From assembly GCA_052437175.1 (NCBI GenBank), contig JBQVOK010000004.1, positions 183,337 through 247,336 of the forward strand: a stretch of DNA of 64,000 nucleotides, written 5' to 3'. This stretch comes from Flavobacteriales bacterium (GTDB lineage Bacteria > Bacteroidota > Bacteroidia > CAIKAF01). The notes beneath the pieces were generated by a model. It ran no database searches. It saw only the letters and a list, made by a program, of their open reading frames with translations, and was not told the origin of the DNA. Positions 20,409 through 29,263 of this stretch are shown here, piece after piece (within the stretch, counting starts at the first letter, position 1; the number at the start of each line of letters is the position of its first letter). Made by a program: the position numbers and the translations under genes.

Positions 20409-21680
20409 ATGTTATACCGCTTCGCCCTGTTGCTGCTCGCTGTTGCTTCACCGGCCCTGCTGGAGGCCCGTGTGTTCCGTGACAGTATATATAAGGACAA
20501 CATAGCCACCGTTCAGCTGCTGCGCGAGGGCAAACCTTCCATGGTGCCTTTTGTACAGCTGCATTCCGCCGAAACCTTTTCCCTGCATTTCGATGATCTG
20601 AATGCCGGCAGCGACGTGTATAACTATACCATGGTGATGTGCAATTACGACTGGACACCTTCGCCCCTGGAACCCATCATGTACCTGAACGGTTTTATGC
20701 AGGCCAATATTACCCAGATGGATTTTTCCATGGGTACCAAACAGTCGTATACCCATTATTCCATCGATTTTCCCAATGCCGATATGCGGCCCAAAATGAG
20801 CGGGAACTACGCGCTGGTCGTGTTCCGCCAGTACGATAATACCGATACCGTTTTTGTAAAACGCTTCCGTGTGGTGGAACCCCTGCTGAGCATTACCGGG
20901 CGCACCCGCGACGCCATTAATGCCGAACTGCGCCTCAGTTCGCAGGACGTGGTGTTTGAAATGGACCTGACGGCCATACAGAACGTAAACCCGCGTATGG
21001 ACATTTTTGTGGACATACTGCAGAACGGTCGCGAAGACAATGCCCGCCGCGCTGTAAAACCTGCCATACAGGTAGGCACACAGCTAACCTTCGATAACCT
21101 GGATAATTCGGCCACCTTCCCCGGGGGCAACGAATGGCGCTTCCTGGACCTGCGTACCCTGCGCCAGAAGACCAATATTACCCGCGAGCTTACCGAAAAG
21201 AACGGCCTGGCCTACTCGCAGCTGTTTGCCCTGCCTTCGCGCGGGAATACGGAGTATTCGCCCCTGCCGGACCTGAACGGGGTGTACTACATCGAGACCC
21301 GCGACGGCTTTAACAACAATACCGACGGTGATTACAGCTATGTGCGCTTTGCCCTGGCCTACGACGAAAGTCCGCAGGGAATGGGCGACGTGTACGTAAT
21401 GGGACAGATGTCCGACTACCAGCTTTCGCCCGAGTGGAAAATGGATTACGACTACGACCGCCGCGAGTTCTTCCTGGAAAAGAAGCTCAAGACCGGTTAT
21501 TATAATTTTATGTTTCTGAACACGAGTCCCTATGCCACATACAGCCACACACGCAAATTCGAAGGCGATTTTGCCCGTACCGAAAATACGTACGTGGTAC
21601 TGGTGTATTACCGTGACCGATATCAACGCAACGACCGCCTCATCGGCGTAGCTGCATTTAATACCATTCTGGACAGATGA
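20409..21680 (+). CDS. DUF5103-family secreted protein (candidate T9SS 'plug'-like protein)
   Basis: ORF 20175..21680. I prefer the start at ATG 20409, which yields a signal peptide (MLYRFALLLLAVASPALLEA). The sequence resembles the DUF5103/T9SS-plug family (…NIATVQLLREGKPSMVPFVQLHSAETFSLHFDDLN…). The family assignment rests on recall, not on a search. Confidence 0.5.
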   Translation: MLYRFALLLLAVASPALLEARVFRDSIYKDNIATVQLLREGKPSMVPFVQLHSAETFSLHFDDLNAGSDVYNYTMVMCNYDWTPSPLEPIMYLNGFMQANITQMDFSMGTKQSYTHYSIDFPNADMRPKMSGNYALVVFRQYDNTDTVFVKRFRVVEPLLSITGRTRDAINAELRLSSQDVVFEMDLTAIQNVNPRMDIFVDILQNGREDNARRAVKPAIQVGTQLTFDNLDNSATFPGGNEWRFLDLRTLRQKTNITRELTEKNGLAYSQLFALPSRGNTEYSPLPDLNGVYYIETRDGFNNNTDGDYSYVRFALAYDESPQGMGDVYVMGQMSDYQLSPEWKMDYDYDRREFFLEKKLKTGYYNFMFLNTSPYATYSHTRKFEGDFARTENTYVVLVYYRDRYQRNDRLIGVAAFNTILDR

Positions 21681-22066
21681 CACAGGCCCGACTTACAAAA
21701 GACGTGAACGTGAGCGTTCGAACCCAGTACGATCCCGAACAGAGCGATCCGCGCCGGCATTTTTACTTTTTCCGGTATTTCGTCAGGATCGAGAACAAAA
21801 GCAACCGTGTTCTGCAGCTGCTCTACAGGCACTGGCAGATCACCGACAGCAGCGGCGAATTCCGCGAGGTGGAAGGTTCCGGCGTTATCGGGCAGCAGCC
21901 CGTACTGCACCCCGGCGATCATTTTACCTACGAAAGCGGCTGTAATTTTACTACCGACCTGGGTCTCATGGAAGGCTCCTACCTGATGCAGGACCTCGAA
22001 ACCCAGGAGAACCTGATGGTGGATATCCCCGAATTCCGCATGGAGGTACCCTGGAAGGGCAATTAA
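21677..22066 (+). CDS. apaG: ApaG (DUF525) protein
   Basis: 129 aa matching the ApaG family (YFFRYFVRIENKSNRVLQLLYRHWQITDSSGEFREVEGSGVIGQQPVLHPGD). The start overlaps the upstream stop by 4 nt (ATGA). Confidence 0.9.
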   Translation: MTQARLTKDVNVSVRTQYDPEQSDPRRHFYFFRYFVRIENKSNRVLQLLYRHWQITDSSGEFREVEGSGVIGQQPVLHPGDHFTYESGCNFTTDLGLMEGSYLMQDLETQENLMVDIPEFRMEVPWKGN

Positions 22067-22069
22067 GCT

Positions 22070-22295
22070 ATAAGCTGATAGCCCATAGCTGACACACCGC
22101 TCCGGACTTTCGGATTCCTCGCTCCGGACTATCAGCTTATACCCGCTTAGGACCTCGGACTCTTCGCTCCGGACCATCAGCTTATTTCCGCTCCGGACTT
22201 TCGGACTCCTTACTCTTAACTCCTTGCTACCCGCTTATACCCGCTCCGGACCTCGGACTCCGGACTCTTCACTATAAGCTGATCGCTTCCATCTC
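22070..22295. repeat. Composite intergenic repeat with inverted repeats tataagctgat/atcagcttata plus reiterated cgctccggac(t/c) units
   Basis: tataagctgat occurs at ~22073 and ~22281. Its reverse complement atcagcttat(a/t) occurs at ~22133 and ~22173. The motif (c)cgctccggac is reiterated at least 5 times between 22095 and 22265, with variable spacers. Confidence 0.7.
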
Positions 22296-22339
22296 CACTA
22301 CGGACTATCTTCATAACTTATAACGGTATAGTCTGCACT

Positions 22340-22392
22340 TATAGGCCGTTTACTTAGGTATTTGCCATCAAAAGGCTATCTTTGCACCAAAA
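22340..22392 (+). promoter_or_regulatory. Candidate Bacteroidetes sigma-A promoter for pruA
   Basis: TATCTTTG (TAnnTTTG -7 motif) lies ~20 nt upstream of the pruA ATG, with TTG candidates further upstream. Confidence 0.4.
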
Positions 22393-22401
22393 TTTAAACA
22401 G

Positions 22402-24030
22402 ATGAGTGGTCATTATAAAGTGCCGGTAGCTAAAAACGAACCGGTTAAGTCGTATGCCCCGGGCAGCCCGGAAAGAAAAGCCCTGCAGGCCAAACTGGCC
22501 GAAATGCGTGCCGAGGTACGGGACATACCTATGTTTATAGGCGGCGAAGAAGTGCGTAACGAACAAAAGGTACGTATTTCGCCCCCGCACGATCATGCCC
22601 ATACCCTGGGTTATTTTTACAAGAGCAGCAAGGAAGACGTTACCCGCGCCATTGAAGCTGCCCTGGCTGCCAAAAGCAAATGGGAACAGATGCCCTGGGA
22701 ACACCGCATGAGCATCTTCCTGAAAATGGCCGATCTGATCGCCGGGCCCTACCGCGCCGAACTGAATGCGGCCACTATGCTGGGTCAGTCGAAAAATGCC
22801 TACCAGGCCGAGATCGACAGCGCCTGCGAAATTATCGACTTTCTTCGTTATAATGTGCAGTATATGAGTGAGATATATGCCGAGCAGCCCGAGAGTGGCC
22901 CCGGTATGTGGAACCGCCTGGAATGGCGTCCGCTCGAAGGTTTTGTATACGCACTTACGCCCTTCAACTTTACGGCCATTGCCGGCAACCTGCCCACGTC
23001 CTCGTCTATGGGCGGCAACGTGGTGGTGTGGAAACCGAGCAATACCCAGGTATATTCGGCTCATGTGCTTATGAAGATCTTTAAGGCTGCCGGTCTGCCC
23101 GATGGGGTTATCAATCTCATTTACCCGTCCGGTCCGGACGCGGCCGATGTGGTCTTCAGTCATCCGCAGTTTGCCGGTATTCACTTTACCGGTTCCACCG
23201 AAGTGTTCCAGAACATCTGGAAGACCATCGGCAATAATATTCACAAATACCGTTCTTACCCGCGTATCGTGGGCGAAACCGGTGGTAAGGACTTTGTAGT
23301 GGCTCATGCTTCGGCCGACCCGCAGGAGGTAATTACCGCCCTTTCTCGCGGGGCGTTCGAATACCAGGGTCAGAAGTGCAGCGCTGCTTCACGCGCCTAT
23401 ATCCCCGACACTATGTGGGAAGAGGTAAAGGCAGGACTTATCCGTGACCTGGGAAGTTTTAAAGTGGGCGGCACCGAAGATTTCGGCAATTTCATCAATG
23501 CCGTGATCGACGAAAAATCCTTTGATAAACTGGCCGGTTTCATCGACCGTGCCAAAGCCGACGGCGCCGAGATCGTGGCCGGCGGTACCTACGATAAGAG
23601 CAAAGGCTATTTTATTCAGCCCACGGTGATCCGTACCGAAGACCCGAACTACGTAACCATGTGCGAAGAGCTGTTCGGCCCGGTACTTACCATTTATGTA
23701 TATCCTGCGGCCGAATTCGAAAAAACGCTGGAGATCGTGGACAGCACGTCTATCTACGCCCTCACGGGTGCGGTGCTGGCTACCGACCGCTATGCCATTA
23801 CCCTGGCTACACAAAAGCTGAAACAATCGGCCGGTAACTTCTATATAAACGACAAACCGACCGGTGCCGTGGTAGGTCAGCAGCCTTTTGGCGGGGCCCG
23901 GGGCAGCGGAACCAACGATAAGGCCGGTTCCAAGATCAACCTGTACAAATGGCTCAGTCCGCGTACCATTAAAGAAACATTCGTTCCACCGGTAGATTAC
24001 CGCTACCCCTTCCTGGAACCCGAAAAATAG
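22402..24030 (+). CDS. pruA: L-glutamate gamma-semialdehyde (1-pyrroline-5-carboxylate) dehydrogenase
   Basis: 542-aa aldehyde dehydrogenase of P5CDH type (FIGGEEVRNEQKVRISPPHDHAHTLGYFYKSS...) with catalytic Cys in QGQKCSAASR and Glu in the GETGGKD region. Confidence 0.9.
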   Translation: MSGHYKVPVAKNEPVKSYAPGSPERKALQAKLAEMRAEVRDIPMFIGGEEVRNEQKVRISPPHDHAHTLGYFYKSSKEDVTRAIEAALAAKSKWEQMPWEHRMSIFLKMADLIAGPYRAELNAATMLGQSKNAYQAEIDSACEIIDFLRYNVQYMSEIYAEQPESGPGMWNRLEWRPLEGFVYALTPFNFTAIAGNLPTSSSMGGNVVVWKPSNTQVYSAHVLMKIFKAAGLPDGVINLIYPSGPDAADVVFSHPQFAGIHFTGSTEVFQNIWKTIGNNIHKYRSYPRIVGETGGKDFVVAHASADPQEVITALSRGAFEYQGQKCSAASRAYIPDTMWEEVKAGLIRDLGSFKVGGTEDFGNFINAVIDEKSFDKLAGFIDRAKADGAEIVAGGTYDKSKGYFIQPTVIRTEDPNYVTMCEELFGPVLTIYVYPAAEFEKTLEIVDSTSIYALTGAVLATDRYAITLATQKLKQSAGNFYINDKPTGAVVGQQPFGGARGSGTNDKAGSKINLYKWLSPRTIKETFVPPVDYRYPFLEPEK

Positions 24031-24047
24031 TACCTTAGTTCAGTAAG

Positions 24048-24082
24048 GAAAGGCTTCTCCGAAAGGGGAGGCCTTTTATTTG
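24048..24082 (+). terminator. Probable rho-independent terminator after pruA
   Basis: Imperfect hairpin aggcttctccgaaaggggaggcct followed by tttatttg. Confidence 0.5.
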
Positions 24083-24555
24083 AGCCGTACCCCCAGGCCG
24101 ATGCCTATTTCCCAGCGGCCGTTGCCGGCAGCGGTCTTGGCATTATAATAAACTGGGACCTGTATGGCAAGGATACGCCCATAGCTATATGTAATGCCGG
24201 CACCCAGGTTGGGAGTAACCAGCGAATTGCGTACGGGCGAATGATCTTTTTTAAAGCGTAGTGAAGGCAGCATCCCCAGCATAATCCGCGATTTGCCTAT
24301 GCTCACATTCACATGGGGCCCGGTAAAGTTCAGGAAGGCCCCTTTATCTACATAGCCCGCAATCACGGTACCGTCGAACAGGGCCGGTTTTACTTTTGGA
24401 TGTGTTTTTGCCGTACTGTCGGTAGTATTGTTCTGCGCGCACAGGCTGCTGCCTGCCAGGATGAAAAAAAGGATTATAAAGAAGGGCCGAAAACGGGAAA
24501 CTGCGGGATAAAAGTACATCTGCATATCGTGCCGGTTTTGGGTACAAAACAGCAA
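24076..24555 (-). CDS. Hypothetical secreted protein
   Basis: 159-aa ORF. An internal Met gives a signal peptide (MQMYFYPAVSRFRPFFIILFFILAGSSLCAQ). The C-terminus has alternating hydrophobic beta-like residues (WEIGIGLGVRLK). Confidence 0.45.
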   Translation of the reverse strand: MLFCTQNRHDMQMYFYPAVSRFRPFFIILFFILAGSSLCAQNNTTDSTAKTHPKVKPALFDGTVIAGYVDKGAFLNFTGPHVNVSIGKSRIMLGMLPSLRFKKDHSPVRNSLVTPNLGAGITYSYGRILAIQVPVYYNAKTAAGNGRWEIGIGLGVRLK

Positions 24556-24672
24556 AATATACTTCAGGGACAGCGGGTCTCTGGAAGAAACGGTCGATCT
24601 TTTGTAACAAGACCTTTACTAAATGTGCTGAAAGTGATCTTTGTATTTTTTGGGCTATCTTGCTTTAAATCC

Positions 24673-25114
24673 TTAAAACCCGATGAATACCCGCAGAACG
24701 TTTATCAAAGCCCTGGGCTCGCCGGCCTGGGTTCTGCCCTGGGTACTGACCTGACAGCCGCACCGCGCAGCGTCAAAAGCCAGGGTACTGATCCTTGGCG
24801 GAGGACTGGCCGGTTTAGCGGCTGCGTATACCCTGCAAAAAAGAGGAATACCCTTTATCCTGATCGAAGCACAGAACCGCGTAGGTGGCCGGGTACGCAC
24901 ACACACCATGAAAACAGGGACCCAGGTGGAACTTGGCGCCGAATGGATAGGAAACAGTCATACCCGCCTGCTGGCCCTCTGCAGTGAACTGGAACTGCCC
25001 CTGACCGATAATAGTTTACGCACTGCCCGGTTGCTGCAGAACACCTATACGCCGCCTGCGGAAGATATATACAGTGAGGACCGGACCGGGGAGGCCGCAG
25101 CCGCCATGGTGTAA
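24673..25114 (+). pseudogene. Frameshifted and C-terminally truncated Tat-secreted flavin amine oxidase fragment
   Basis: Frame A reads MNTRRTFIKALGSPAWVLPWVLT*, a twin-arginine signal. The next frame, beginning ~24740, reads ...ASKARVLILGGGLAGLAAAYTLQKRGIPFILIEAQNRVGGRVRTHTMKTGTQVELGAEWIG...AAAAMV*, the FAD-binding N-terminus of an amine oxidase. It ends after only ~125 aa at 25114, where the next gene starts on the opposite strand. Confidence 0.6.
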
Positions 25115-25116
25115 GC

Positions 25117-25509
25117 CTACTCCTCCCTGCGGTCATCCTCGTTGAGGCCCAGCACTTTGTCGAGCAGTCCGTTCACGGCCCAGAGCAGTATGCTAAAGAG
25201 AATGGCCCACCAGAACGACGCTACCTCGATGGAATCCAGCAGCCAGTCGGCAATACCGATCATAAGTGCATTGATCACCAGCAGGAAAAGTCCGAAGGTA
25301 ACCAGCGTAATGGGAAAGGTGAGTACCTTGAGCACCGGCTTTATGAACGTATTGAGCAGGGCCAGTACCAGGGCAAATAACAGCGGGCCCAGCAGGGCGC
25401 TGAATTGCCAGTCGTTCTGTTCAAGAGCCGGGAAAGAAACCCCGGGCAGCAGCCATGCGCATATTACCACACTCAGGGCTGTAATGAGTAGTTTGAGTAT
25501 GAATTTCAT
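25117..25509 (-). CDS. Four-TM 'phage holin 4_2'-family membrane protein
   Basis: 130 aa, four predicted TM helices, acidic C-terminus (NEDDRREE). Confidence 0.6.
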   Translation of the reverse strand: MKFILKLLITALSVVICAWLLPGVSFPALEQNDWQFSALLGPLLFALVLALLNTFIKPVLKVLTFPITLVTFGLFLLVINALMIGIADWLLDSIEVASFWWAILFSILLWAVNGLLDKVLGLNEDDRREE

Positions 25510-25596
25510 AGTACCTGTGTATACGGAACGCGCGGGATAATGTTCTACTGTGGAGGGAAAAAGAATCTTTTGTTCTTTATATACAGCTACTTAAGC

Positions 25597-26919
25597 TTAT
25601 CCTTTTTTGATCACCTTCACGGTTTTGGCACCGGAACGTACAAAATAGAAGCCGGGCTGCAGGTTTTCGGTTGATAACTGGGCCTGGTTACCGTTTATAC
25701 GGGTACTGCTGATCACCTGTCCTACACCGTTGAGTATTTCCAGCAGGTGGCTGTCCTCTTCGCCGCTGAACTTCACGTTCAGCTGTGTGGAAAAAGGCAC
25801 GGGATATACCGAAAATTCAGCATCGGCAGAACCCGGCTGCACCAGTACGCTTACAGGGGCAAAAACCTCGAACTGGCCGTTGTAGTCGGTCTGGCGCAGT
25901 CGGTAGTACCAGGTACCCGCGGTTACGCCGGCATCGGTATAGCTGTATGTTACGGTTTCGTTGGAGTTTCCCTGTCCGCTTACGGTGCCGATCTCTTCCC
26001 AGCTGCTGTTGTCGCTGCTGCGTTCAAGGCTGAAGTACGCGTTATTGCTTTCACTGGCTGTGCTCCAGGTCAGTATCACATCGCGGTCCTGGGATTCGGC
26101 TTCAAAAGAAGTGAGCGATACGGGCAGAGCCACGCTGCAGGACGGACAATCGGTGTAGATCTTCGGAGTGCCATAGGCTGCCGGACCTCCTTTGGTGCTG
26201 CCGCTGCGCTGACAGATAACCAGGGCGGTATCACCGGTGATCGGCTGGTTCAGGTAAATATTCTGTCCCACGCTGATGGCCGCTTTCTGGCTGTTGGCCG
26301 TTACCGCACCGGCACGGTTGTTATTGAGAAACTGGGTCTGCGTGCAACTGCTTTTGCCCAGGCATACACTGCCGGCTGCGGCCTGCGACTGTATACGCAG
26401 TTCGTAAATATTGGCCACGCCTTCATTAGAAAAATAAGCGGTGGATGAGTTCAGTTCCAGGCGGGTGCCGCTGTTGTTCATCTGCAGCACGGCAGAAGGC
26501 CCCAGGTTCATTACATAGTTATTACTGTTCTGCATTACAACAGAGCCCGTGATGGTAAGCAGTCCCCGGTTAATGATGCTGCAGTTGCCGTTCAGGTTAA
26601 AACTTCTGCTCAGGGTAAGGCTGCCACCGTTTTCTACAATGATGCGCCCGCTGTTGAAGTTGAACGAACTGTTGAGCGTAAGGGTACCGCATACCCGTAT
26701 GGTGCCCCCGTTGAGGCTCACATTGCCCAGCGTTCCCGAGCCGGAATAGTAATAGGTTTGTCCGCTGTTTACATTGGTATTACTGCTGAGGGCGCCGTTT
26801 CCACCGCTGCAGGTGGCGGCGGCGGGTGCTGAAAAGCATTGGGCCTGACTGAGGGAAGGTGACGACAATACAAAACACACGGCAGCTACAGCGCCGTATA
26901 ATGCGGTGATTTTATTCAT
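25597..26919 (-). CDS. Secreted protein with a beta-helix-like region, a fibronectin III-like domain and a T9SS C-terminal sorting domain
   Basis: 440 aa. It carries a signal peptide, Asn/Ser/Gly-rich repeats (SLNGGTIRVCGTLTLNSSFNFNSGRIIVENGGSLTL), an FN3-like block (VILTWSTASESNNAYFSLERSSDNSSWEEIGTV) and a T9SS CTD (FSVYPVPFSTQLNVKF...GFYFVRSGAKTVKVIKKG). Confidence 0.8.
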   Translation of the reverse strand: MNKITALYGAVAAVCFVLSSPSLSQAQCFSAPAAATCSGGNGALSSNTNVNSGQTYYYSGSGTLGNVSLNGGTIRVCGTLTLNSSFNFNSGRIIVENGGSLTLSRSFNLNGNCSIINRGLLTITGSVVMQNSNNYVMNLGPSAVLQMNNSGTRLELNSSTAYFSNEGVANIYELRIQSQAAAGSVCLGKSSCTQTQFLNNNRAGAVTANSQKAAISVGQNIYLNQPITGDTALVICQRSGSTKGGPAAYGTPKIYTDCPSCSVALPVSLTSFEAESQDRDVILTWSTASESNNAYFSLERSSDNSSWEEIGTVSGQGNSNETVTYSYTDAGVTAGTWYYRLRQTDYNGQFEVFAPVSVLVQPGSADAEFSVYPVPFSTQLNVKFSGEEDSHLLEILNGVGQVISSTRINGNQAQLSTENLQPGFYFVRSGAKTVKVIKKG

Positions 26920-27144
26920 TACGAATAATAAGGGAAGGTGATAGAAGGTTATTTGACTGTTTCTATGAATTGGTGATAGGGGATATACAAGTATGATGCC
27001 ATATTTTATAGATTAAAGTTATTTCATCATATCTTTTTTCTATTGTATTGAATTTTTAATAAATGTAAATTATGAAAATCGCTTCTGCCGGGCCATTGTC
27101 GCAGAATTCTCTTACTTTGTACACGCAAACCCCTGTTTTTTGTT

Positions 27145-29157
27145 ATGAAAGAGATACTGGAGAAAGCATGTAAGGGAGAAGAAAATTCGCTGGAGCTCAT
27201 GATCCGTCTGGTGGATCATATCCGGCCCGGAAGATTCAGGAAAAAGTCATTTGCCGTTTCGCAGGTACAGAATCTTATAGCCCTGCTCAAAAGTTACCCC
27301 GAACTGAAGGAAGGCCTTCGCAACTGTATACTGGACCTGGTGAATTCCCGCGATCACATGGATCTGCTGGCCGAATCGGGCATCCTTTCCAACGAAGGTT
27401 TTTTTACCGAGACCTTCCGCAAAATATCCTATAAAATATTTCCGCCCGTCCTCGACGACCAGGAGCTGAAAGACGTCATCATCCGTATTTTTCACCGCGA
27501 GTCGGACCACGAATGGATATATGCTGTGCCCGACAGCCTCTGGGCCGAACTTTTTGAAGAGATCGAATTCGGAGACCCTTCGGCCGACCGAAAGGAAGAA
27601 GAGATACAGAATTCCCTGCTCGATTCGGTGCTGTTTGTATCGCACCGCATTGCCGCCATGGGCATAGAACCTGTGCTTACCAACCAGATGCCCGAACTGG
27701 AACAGAGCAGTTCGCCCTTCATCAGTCAGAACAAAAAAATTGTGGCCTTTACCGATAAGGTCCGTGAAGAAGGCATCGCTGCCGAAGGCGTTCAGCGGGA
27801 CTGGCTGCGTATCCATGCCGAACTGATGATCTGCGAGGATGTACTGCATACCCTGCGCAAACAGCGCTATGTGAACGGTACCAGCCTCAGCCTTACCTAC
27901 CTGCTGATACGTCTGCACCAGAGTATCGACCGTATTAAAATTCTCTTCGGACTGCTGTTGCCCGAAGAAAAGAGTGAGCGCCGCAACCAGCGTATCATTT
28001 CCTTTTTTAAGGCTACCGTGCGGCAGGAAAACCTGCGCAACGACCTGGGTAAACACCTTTCCGAGAACCTGGGTATGCTGGCCTACCAGATCACCGAGCA
28101 TGCCGGTAAAACGGGGGAGCACTACATAACGTCTTCGCGCCGGGAATACATTACCATGTTGTATTCGGCCATGAAGGGCGGTTTTATTGTAGGCTTTCTT
28201 ACCGCCATCAAAACGCTTATTTATTACCTGAAGCTGTCGCCCTTTGGCACGGCTTTCCTGTACAGCATGAACTATTCGTTCGGGTTCATTGCCATATTGC
28301 TTACACGGGGTACCCTGGCCACCAAGCAGCCGGCTATGACCGCTGCACACATTGCCGCTTCGCTCGACAGCAAAGACCGCGATAAGGTAGACATACCCGG
28401 CCTTTCCGAACTGATCGTGAAAATATCGCGCAGCCAGCTGATCGCCTTCGTGGGCAACGTACTCATCGCTTTTCCCGTGGGCTATATACTGGCATGGATC
28501 TACTATTTTGTTTTCGGCGAACACCTGGCCGATCCCGAAAAAGCGCATCACATGGTGCATGAACTGCATCCCTGGAAGAGCCCGGCCCTGTTTCATGCCG
28601 GTATTGCCGGGGTGTGTCTCTTTTTGTCGGGACTGATCTCCGGGTATTACGACAATGGGGTTATATTTAATAAGATACCACAGCGTGTACAACAGCATCC
28701 GTTATTGCGCAGAATTATGCCGGCCTCTGTGCTGGAGAAACTGAGCCATTACCTGGAACACAATATGGGCAGCCTGGCCGGTAACTTTTTCCTGGGTATT
28801 TTCCTGGGTACCATGGGCACGCTGGGTACTTTTTTCGGCCTGCCGCTCGATATACGGCATATAACCTTTGCCGCAGGTAATTTCGGACTGGCTGTGGTGG
28901 GGCTGAACCATCAGCTGGGCTGGCAGGAAATACTGATCACTATTGCCGGTATTGTGGGTATAGGCATCATGAACTTTGCCGTAAGCTTTGGCCTGGCCCT
29001 GTTTGTGGCCATCCGCTCGCGCAATGTGAACTTTAAACAAACCCGTGCCCTGATGAACGAGGTCTGGCTGCACGCGCGCCGGAAACCGCTAGATTTTGTA
29101 CGTCCGCCTAAGAATGCCCGGGCCCTGGAACCCGAAATGAGCGAAGAAGAACTGTAG
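27145..29157 (+). CDS. Large polytopic membrane protein of unknown function, possibly the PF10136 family that is misnamed 'site-specific recombinase'
   Basis: 670 aa with a ~330-aa N-terminal soluble region and at least six TM helices in the C-terminal half. The family assignment is a recalled resemblance, not a search result. Confidence 0.6.
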   Translation: MKEILEKACKGEENSLELMIRLVDHIRPGRFRKKSFAVSQVQNLIALLKSYPELKEGLRNCILDLVNSRDHMDLLAESGILSNEGFFTETFRKISYKIFPPVLDDQELKDVIIRIFHRESDHEWIYAVPDSLWAELFEEIEFGDPSADRKEEEIQNSLLDSVLFVSHRIAAMGIEPVLTNQMPELEQSSSPFISQNKKIVAFTDKVREEGIAAEGVQRDWLRIHAELMICEDVLHTLRKQRYVNGTSLSLTYLLIRLHQSIDRIKILFGLLLPEEKSERRNQRIISFFKATVRQENLRNDLGKHLSENLGMLAYQITEHAGKTGEHYITSSRREYITMLYSAMKGGFIVGFLTAIKTLIYYLKLSPFGTAFLYSMNYSFGFIAILLTRGTLATKQPAMTAAHIAASLDSKDRDKVDIPGLSELIVKISRSQLIAFVGNVLIAFPVGYILAWIYYFVFGEHLADPEKAHHMVHELHPWKSPALFHAGIAGVCLFLSGLISGYYDNGVIFNKIPQRVQQHPLLRRIMPASVLEKLSHYLEHNMGSLAGNFFLGIFLGTMGTLGTFFGLPLDIRHITFAAGNFGLAVVGLNHQLGWQEILITIAGIVGIGIMNFAVSFGLALFVAIRSRNVNFKQTRALMNEVWLHARRKPLDFVRPPKNARALEPEMSEEEL

Positions 29158-29263
29158 TTCATAAAAAGGTTTAAAAAAGAAAGCCTTCGATAAACAGTAT
29201 TATTTGTCTGTTCTTTTTCTCAATTGAACGAATAACTTTGCAGGGTTAATCTACAAAAATTCC

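Noticed and set aside
20448-22177. Minus-strand ORFs 20448..20756, 20807..21175, 21084..21683 and 21623..22177
   Set aside because: The first three are antisense to the DUF5103-family gene. The last spans apaG antisense and the intergenic repeat, and its LIVRSEESE repeats are a translation artefact of the DNA repeat.
22354-23826. Minus-strand ORFs 22354..23307 and 23389..23826
   Set aside because: Antisense to pruA, a textbook aldehyde dehydrogenase.
24313-24987. 224-aa plus-strand ORF spanning 24313..24987
   Set aside because: It runs antisense through the small minus-strand gene and then into the amine-oxidase pseudogene region in a third frame. It is Arg/Gly/Pro-rich with no features. 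The two-frame amine-oxidase reading explains the sequence better.
25117-25509. Possible prophage, suggested by the 'phage holin' family name
   Set aside because: The Phage_holin_4_2 fold is widespread as a stand-alone bacterial membrane protein. No endolysin, portal, capsid, terminase or integrase genes are nearby.
27247-28698. 483-aa minus-strand ORF
   Set aside because: Antisense to the 670-aa membrane protein, with no motifs.
27145-29157. Possible mobile element, suggested by the 'site-specific recombinase' family name
   Set aside because: That Pfam name is a known misnomer for a polytopic membrane protein family. There are no catalytic Tyr/Ser recombinase motifs, no inverted repeats and no target duplications.
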